Part shown: in pieces, positions 56,336-64,000 of the stretch
How positions within the stretch are numbered: the first letter of the stretch is position 1
Layout of the letters: every line of letters starts with the position of its first letter
Assembly: GCA_964016885.1 (NCBI GenBank)
Contig: OZ024743.1
Coordinates: 314,960,001-315,024,000 of the forward strand
Length of the DNA stretch: 64,000 nucleotides
Reading direction: 5' to 3'
From: Eledone cirrhosa
Lineage: Eukaryota
The notes under the pieces: model-generated
The model's input: only the letters and a program-made list of their open reading frames with translations
Told to the model about the DNA's origin: nothing
The model's database searches: none
Position numbers and translations under genes: made by a program

Positions 56336-58440
56336 TACACACAATGATATTAAATAAATGGAAACTATATTTATAAAACCATATTTATTCTATTATATAT
56401 ATTTCAAGGGTACCAAAACTTTGGTACGCTTTCAGCTGATGAAAGCGTACCAAAGTTTCCATTTATTTAATATCATTGAATATTATACTCCAGAAAACTT
56501 GTCGAGTGCTCTGAATCAGTTATAAACATTTATATTTGTTGAATTACCAACAAATTGGATATCCCTTTTTCTTAAATATATATATATATATATATATATA
56601 ATCACTCTTACTTCATTACGTCATGATTCATGAATGTGTATGTATATGTATATATATATATGCTTCTATGTATCTGTATGTGTGTGTATGTGCTTCTACC
56701 CAAGTGTACCTTTATGTTAGTAATTGAAATGTTTGATGTGTTACGTTTTTGAGCAAATCTAGTATATTGTTTATTGATTTTTTTATTAACTTCATTTGAT
56801 AATCGATTCATTCCTCTTTGATTTCCTCTGACATTTCAACAGATATCAAAACATTCACCCTAATCTTCTAATGCTTGTGTGTTAGTTTACTTCACTTTTA
56901 CCTCCTACTCTTCCTTCTCCTCCATCTCCACTCTTCATGTGCACAAGCAACACTGTTGTACACCAACTTCATAACAATAACACATCGAATTAACCATCAA
57001 CATGATTACCAAGATCATCAATAACATCAAGATAATAATAATATCATTATTATTAAGAAAGGTGGAGATGGACTATAAGTTGGAAAAAGATGTTTTTCAT
57101 CCATCCTTAAACCACGTGCATTTGAAAATTTTGCGAAGGCTAATACAAAACTAGAGTGGCTAGTACAAATATACCGCTGTTGCAGCCATGTTATAGACAT
57201 GGCATTTGGTGTCGCAAGATATGGGGGAAATGTCCCATGTAACTGATATTGATTTTCAGTGATCCAAGTGTTATCGGATACAAATATTTAAGAATATCAC
57301 ATACACTAATAAGAAACTGTAAAACAAAATAACATGTCGAATCTGCATAAGCTTCATTCGTGGTGTCAGTATTTGAATTCTATAAATAGTGTTGTGCAGT
57401 GCTGCGATCCTATCCTCAAGTGGTGGAAGGGCGAAGTTGATAAGATGTACCAAATCTGAATGATAATGACCATGCATTAGATATGACATTCAAAAGCAAG
57501 TCTCAATCGGCTGTAGATGAAACGAGGAGAGTAGATGAAGCTAACGATCTACAAGGCACGAGTCATGTACTAAATAGTCTTGAGAGTACATGTGGCTCCG
57601 TTATTCCACTTCACAATCCCCGTAACCACTTCGGATTGGAACATCATCATGGTCATGATCCCCACCATCACACCACCAACCACAAACACCATAATCATGG
57701 TGCACACAGCCATCACTACAATCCGCACAACTAGCAACATATATATGGCCACTAACATTTCATTAACTGCAATATTCTGGTGAAAGTTCACTATGCTAAT
57801 AAAGCAACTACAACACCACCAACACCACATTTACCACCATTCAATTATGAAATTATGAATAGAAGAACACATTGGTTAATATATTCCTAGATACACTACG
57901 CTTGAACAATTTATGGTGACGTAGCATGATTTTGTTCATAGTTTTGCTTGATCGGCGATCATTTGCTCTAGATCAATAGCCACTAAATTAACAGTAAAAT
58001 GGCTTGAAATCGATGACTGTTCAATTTAATCCACATCATCGTAACAATCATTGTAAATAAAGTCACTGTCATTAATATCATCATCTTTATCATCAGAATC
58101 ATCATTATAGTCATCATCACCGTCATCATGTTTATAGTTATCACCACCATCATCATCACAATCGCCATAATCACTGTCATTGTCGTCATCATGATCATTA
58201 CAACCAGCATTAGAGCAATTATTGGTATTATCATCAGCAGCAGCAATAGTGGCATCAATAGAGTCATCATCATCTTAAACAACACGAAATCAATATTAAC
58301 TAACCATTAGTACGTCATTATATGTCGACATATCTAACGTAATAAGCGTTAAAAAGTTGAATTACGGCCAGAAATGCATAGAAAAATAGTTGATTATAAT
58401 ATAATTATTAGTGTTGTTGTTACGATATTAAAAATAAGAT

Positions 58441-59050
58441 TTATTATTATTCTTTGAGTCTCAGTCATTGATGTTAGTTAACTGGAAAGTTTGTTGAAAT
58501 GAATATCAAGCCGCTACATGCAGCCTCAGATATTCAGGACGTATCGGAGGGTTTTTGCTGTTCCCAGCAGGCATGCCTTTTGTAGTGTTTCAAAAAGCGG
58601 GGCTGGACTTATTTTCTTTAACCATCCTTGGAAACTCTTTGAGATAGTACCTAGTGCGCCTATGACAATCGGGACGACTCTGACTTCATGGCAATCCCAA
58701 ATCCTTTTTACCTCCCATTTTAAGCCATGGTATCGGTTAATTTTCTCCCTCTCCTTTTCTTGCACTCTCGTGTCAAATGGGCAGGCTACATTCTACAATC
58801 TGGCACGTTCTTTTTTCCTTGTCCAAAACCACCAGGTCAGGCCTATTGTGTTCCAGTTTCAGTCACGTATTTGTGTAGGTTGTTTTTCTCCATCTGAACA
58901 CAGGCCTCTATGCTGATAAGACCTCTTCGACCTTCAGATCTCCTTAAGTAGAGTCTATCGACATCACTCCTTTTGTGGAACATGTTGTACATAGTCAATA
59001 GATTCCTAGTCTTCTTATCCATTTCTTTTTGTTCAACAACATTCCATGTC
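58441..59050 (-). mobile_element. 5'-truncated, internally deleted R4/Dong-type LINE
   Basis: Translations MDKKTRNLLTM...DVDRLYLRRSEGRRGL and EKINRY...VVPIVIGALG...LQKACLLGTA. The 3' end lies at (TAA)n. Confidence 0.85.
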
Positions 59051-59674
59051 AGTGCCAAAAGTAGAAACAATTATTATTATATTATAGTTTAGATTTGACA
59101 TCGTTTAAACTAAACATTTTGAGAAAGTTTAGAGATACAACATCAATAATTATTTTGGTGTTGTTGTTGTTGGTGTTAGCAGTTTGACCGGGTACTAAAT
59201 CAGTCTATTTATATCTTGTGATGCCTTCCTCGCTTCTATTCATGTGTAGTGACCACTACTACCATCCCTCTCTTAACAGGAGGTAGTGAGGGAATAGTGG
59301 TGGTAGCGATAATGCAATGGTGGCGGGGGTTTGGAGATAGTAGTACTATAGTCATGGTATTGCTGCAGCCGTTGGTTTGTATTTTGTTTGTGGTAGTGGT
59401 GATGGTGGCGGCGGCGGTGGTGGTGTTGATGGGGAAAATATTTGGCTGTTGTTTGTAACCATTTTCTTTTTTGACTATAACATTTCTGATACAAAATTAA
59501 ATATAAATATTGGAGCCCTATGCCAAAATGTGATGCGTTGTCACTTCCTGAGAGGAGGCTGGTATCTTATGTTCCATTTGTAATAAGAATCATTCTATCG
59601 CAATTGTTTTAAATATGTAAACAATCAAAAACTTAAGGGAGCGATTCCATAACACTCTATCCATCATGTTCGTT

Positions 59675-62600
59675 TTATTATTATTATTACATTTGCATTT
59701 ATCTTGCTTTATGTTCATACGAGTTATCACCAAGTCACAACCAGTGACCTCAAGAGACAACACGGTCCGCCATGTTCAAGAAAGAACATACATACTCACA
59801 CATGCATCTTTAGGTGTTTAGACTTGTGATGTACTTATATTGACAGAATCTTCCTTAGTATATGGGCAGTTCCCATTAGTACTATCTTTTGAATTTCTCC
59901 TATACGAGGGTTTCCTGGAATTAGCGATATGTAATCATTAGACCCTTTAGGTATCATCCCTAGAGCGCCTACAACCACTGGTATTGTTTTAGTTCTCAAT
60001 TTCCACATTTTTCCAATTTCTATCTCCAGGTCCTTATACTTGCTCAATTTTTCAAATGTTTTTAGAGATACATTCTTGTCTATTGGAACGGACATATCAA
60101 TTAGCAGGCATACTCTCTTTTTAAAGTCCTTCAATATTATATCAGGTCTGTTTGCATCTATTTTTCGGTCTGTTTGGATGCTAAAGTTCCACAAAATTGA
60201 CATGTAATCTTTTTCAAGTATGGGAGGTGGTTGATGCGCCCACCAATTCTTTTGATGTGACATGTCAAAATGCTTACACATTATTCAATGTATGTATTGT
60301 GCAGCTCTGTCATGCCTGTTTAGGTATTCAGTTGGAGCTATAGGACTGCACATTGAAATTATATGATCAATGGTCTCTGGTTGTCTTTTACTTACACTGC
60401 ATAATGGGTTGTATCCACTTTTTATTATGTTGGCTTGGTAATTTTTTGTTGGCAGACACTGATCTTGTGCTGATATAATCAGTCCTTCAGTCTCCGATTT
60501 CAGTTCAGAGGATGCCAACCACTGATGGGTTAAAGTTTTGTCAACATCAGGATTGTTAGCTCTTTCTGGGTATTTTCCACACAGAGGCTTTTCTTGCCAT
60601 TTCTTAGCCAGTTTCTGTAGCAGTTCTTTCTTTGCAGTTACTTTTACCTGCTTTGCTTTTTCTGTGTTTTCCATTTCAGCAGTAAATGGGACTTCTGAAA
60701 TTTGTAGTCCATTACTGTATCTTTGTGCATCTGTTGATCCTTTCGTGTTTCAAAACGATTTTGATCATCCAATCATGTGATTCCCTTAGATATGTAGATA
60801 ATCCAATAGTTGCAGTTTTCAACACAATATCTAACTGGATTAACCCACGTCCTCCTTCTTTCATAGGGAGATATATTCTATCTGTATCTGCCTTAGGGTG
60901 ATGCATTCTGTGCATGGTTAAGAATTTTCTAATTTTTGTATCGAGCCTACGGATCTCTGTGCTTGACCAGTTGATGACATTATAACTGTAGGTTACTACT
61001 GGTATAGCAAGCGTGTTTATGGCATCGATCCTATTTATTCAATTCAGTTCTTAAGATTGCTCTTACTCTGCGGTAACATTCCTTCCTTATCCATTCCCTC
61101 ATTGTCGAGTGCTTGATTCCGTCTCCTTCACAAACACCTAGATATTTGTAAGTTTTTTCTTGATCAAGTTGTCTTATCACGTTCCCCCGATCAAGATTAA
61201 TGTCTGAACTCCTCAGCAGCTTTCCTCTGGTGAACGTTGCTTTGGCGCATTTATCTAGTCCAAACTCCATTTTAATGTCATCACTGAACTGCTCCACAGT
61301 GGATAATAGCCCTTGCAATTGTTCATCATTTTAGCAAATAGTTTCAGGTCATCCGTGTAGAACAAGTGATTAATGGTTTTGTCATAGACTCTATATCCAT
61401 GTTTTGTTTCATTGAGCATTTTACTTAATGGTATAAGTGCGATGCAGAATAAAAGCGGTGATAAAGAGTCACCCTGAAAAATTCCACAATTAATATTAAC
61501 TTCTCCAGCTTCCAGTGATTTTGTTTCACTATTCGAAAGGAGTGTCGTTTTCCATGTCTTCATACTGAATGACAAATACCTCCTGACAACGGGGGATATT
61601 TTGAAAATCTCTAAACATTTTTCAATCCAACTGTGTGGCAAACTATCGAATGCTTTTTTATAATCTATCCAAGCAATTGATAGATTTTTGTGTCTATTAT
61701 GACAATCTTCCAGTATCATTTTGTTAACCAAAAGCTGATCCTTACAGCCATATGAGCCTCGTTTACACCCTTTCTGCTCAATGGGAAATAGGTCATTTGT
61801 TATCAGGTGGTCATATGTATATTCAGTTAGGACTGATGTTAAAATTTTATACATTGTGGTCAAGCAAGTTATCTGTCTGTAATTTTTGGGATTGTTTGTC
61901 TCATCATTCTTCGGGAGCAGGAACGTAATGCCGTTAACTAGCCATGATAGTATCCTTTCTGGCTCCTTAACTATTTCATTGTAAAGTTTGGCTAACAGCT
62001 CATGAGACTCTGTGAAGGCATTTATCCAAAAATTTTGTATTTTGGCTTTTCCTGGGGATTTCCATTTGCTGGTTTTTCTTAGAGCCAAGCACAACTGTTC
62101 AACTGTTATGTTTTCCCATATTTGTTCCTCAAGGTGAGCTGTATCTTTCATTTGTCTGTCTATCCATGGGCCATGTAGGTTATGAACTTTTTCTTCGGCC
62201 CAGATCTTTTCCCAGAATTATTGCACTTCCTCCTTGGGTGGTATTGATTTAGCAGTTATTGTTGACTTACCCATTTTTCTGTAGAAGTTTCTTTGGTTGT
62301 TTTTGAACATATTATTGTCCTTATAGAATCTAGATAGTTTTTCAAAGCGCCTTATACGAGCAGCTTTGGCCGACACTTTTTGCTTGATTATTTCTATCAG
62401 CATGTCTATGTCACTTGTTGATTTTATACTATACTTTCTTTTCAATTTTCTAAGTTTAGTTTGTTTAACATGTTCACCTACTTTATAGTTTTTAAAATTT
62501 CTATGTCAGATCGGAGAAGGTTTATTTGGCGATTGATGTTCTCTTGCCAAGTAGATTTCTTGTGGGAATTCCTTTGTTTTTTCATCTTCACTCCACATAA

Positions 62601-63630
62601 ATGAGTGGTGACTTTAGCCGATGCATAATAGAGATGATTTAAATCAGTAATGTTTAGTTTGTTTGTGATGATAATGTTTTTGAGAATTATGTTAGTCTTG
62701 TGTATTATCTTTTGGTTCTGTTTGGAGTTCTGGATCTTAGGGAGGGTGTGTGTGTGGGGGGGGGGTCTCGTTGCCCCATATCAGATTCTTTCATTTTCAT
62801 CCATTCGATCATAATTTCATCATTCAAGTTGGCAAGTTCATTCTCATTCATTTCTTTATCATTTACGATCTCATTATTTTCATTTGGAGTTTAATCTTGA
62901 GCATGCACTCCCTCCACTTTTTCGATCCTTTCTTTAATTTGTTCTGTTGCCAGTGATTCCGCCCCAACCCTGGGATTCGAAGTGTTACAATTTACCTCGT
63001 TTTCACTGACACATGTTTCATTTTCCCTTCGCTGACTTGGTGCTAATAGCTTGATCTGATCAATTTCTATATCAGTTAGTAACTTTCTTTTTACAATATT
63101 TATTCTTATATTGGCTAGTTTGTTACTGTCAATATAGCCTCTGTTTTCGGGATGTTTCTTTTTCCAGTTGATATATGTCTGTTCTGTATTCGATATATTT
63201 GATGGGTAGTACATGGCAGTGTAGAAAGCCTCAAGGACTTCTTTATTATCTTCCCTTGACCATTTTTCTCTCTTTTTCTTTGGATTTCTTGGTGGTGAGC
63301 ATGGAGGGCCAACAGTAGGAGTATTCCGGTTATGGGAGGTCTCCAGCTCCGAAGTGATGGGAAGGTTTGAACCATTAGCTGATTTTTCGACCCCAGTCTG
63401 GTTCCTCTCTGAGGGACGCGGCCCTTTTTTACCCGGGTGACGGCCGATCGGTATGAGATTTTATCATTAGACATTTACTTTATTTTGTCGCGTTTTATCC
63501 TTATCCGCCAAGGGGTAATCATTTCGTGTTACCACTTCTAGAACGAGTATCAACCAAGACTAGAGGGGTCGTTCTCCGCTAGAGACACGGCTATTCCCCG
63601 CCATCCCGGTATTTCTTGATCACGGGGTTT
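59675..63630 (-). mobile_element. Near full-length decayed R4/Dong-type non-LTR retrotransposon (RT plus RLE endonuclease)
   Basis: RT at 61255..62151 (KSPG, YRQITCL, DYKKAFDS, GIFQGDSLSPLLF, YTDDLKLF), YKYLG, DRIYLP..GGRGL, decayed CCHC (C...ETIDHIISMC), RHD, and RLE (RPDII, LIDMSVP, EKLSKY). Several stops and frameshifts. The 3' end lies in (TAA)n. Confidence 0.92.
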
Positions 63631-64000
63631 TCTTTTTTGTTGTTGTTTTTAAATTGTTATTATCATGAGTGGTTCCTTAATGTGAGCATTGCGTGGCTTA
63701 AGAATGAAATTATCAATAACAATAATTGTCTCCACTCCAGGCACAAGCCCAGCAATCACCCAGTGCATTACAATAATATAACATACTTTTTGCTGAAGTT
63801 GCCTGTTATTGTTGTTGGCTATGTCGGTGGTGGTGCTGGGGCTTTTTATATTGTTGGTGAGGAAGGGGGGAGCCAGTAGTGCCATAGTTGTTGACGTTTG
63901 GCCAGTGGCCAGGTCACTAAGTCAATCTATTTATATCTTTTGCTAGCCTCTCCCTTGTCTAGTGATACCACACCTTCCTCTTTCTTAAGTTAACAGGGGA

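Noticed and set aside
54495-58310. Hydrophobic, Thr-rich, His-rich or Met-rich ORFs (also 750-950 and 59249-59583)
   Set aside because: They derive from degenerate trinucleotide repeats (GTT, CAT, CAC) and have no recognisable domains.

Overview
An AT-rich, repeat-saturated eukaryotic window with no recognisable host protein-coding gene, probably intergenic or within a large intron. The (TA)n/(CA)n/(GA)n density and SINE/LINE repertoire suggest a cephalopod such as Octopus (inference). It contains two decayed L1/Tx1-type LINE copies (1-5.85 kb), many tRNA-headed SINE copies, Helitron-type ends, a small TIR element with a 6-bp TSD, RTE fragments, two Penelope-like elements (PLE; RT + GIY-YIG, at 45.2-47.2 kb and 49.5-53.3 kb) and two R4/Dong-type LINEs (58.4-63.6 kb). 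The most striking unexplained signal is a dense set of short non-coding islands inside (TA)n tracts. They carry type I hammerhead-ribozyme motifs (CUGANGA...GAAA..UH, often with a palindromic stem III and sometimes a very long stem II) and fold-back inverted repeats. One family of about 410-425 nt occurs as circularly permuted 1.2-1.3-mers, which fits a circRNA-based, PLE-mobilised retrozyme system targeting TA microsatellites. All structures were read by eye; coordinates are approximate and no folding or database searches were run.
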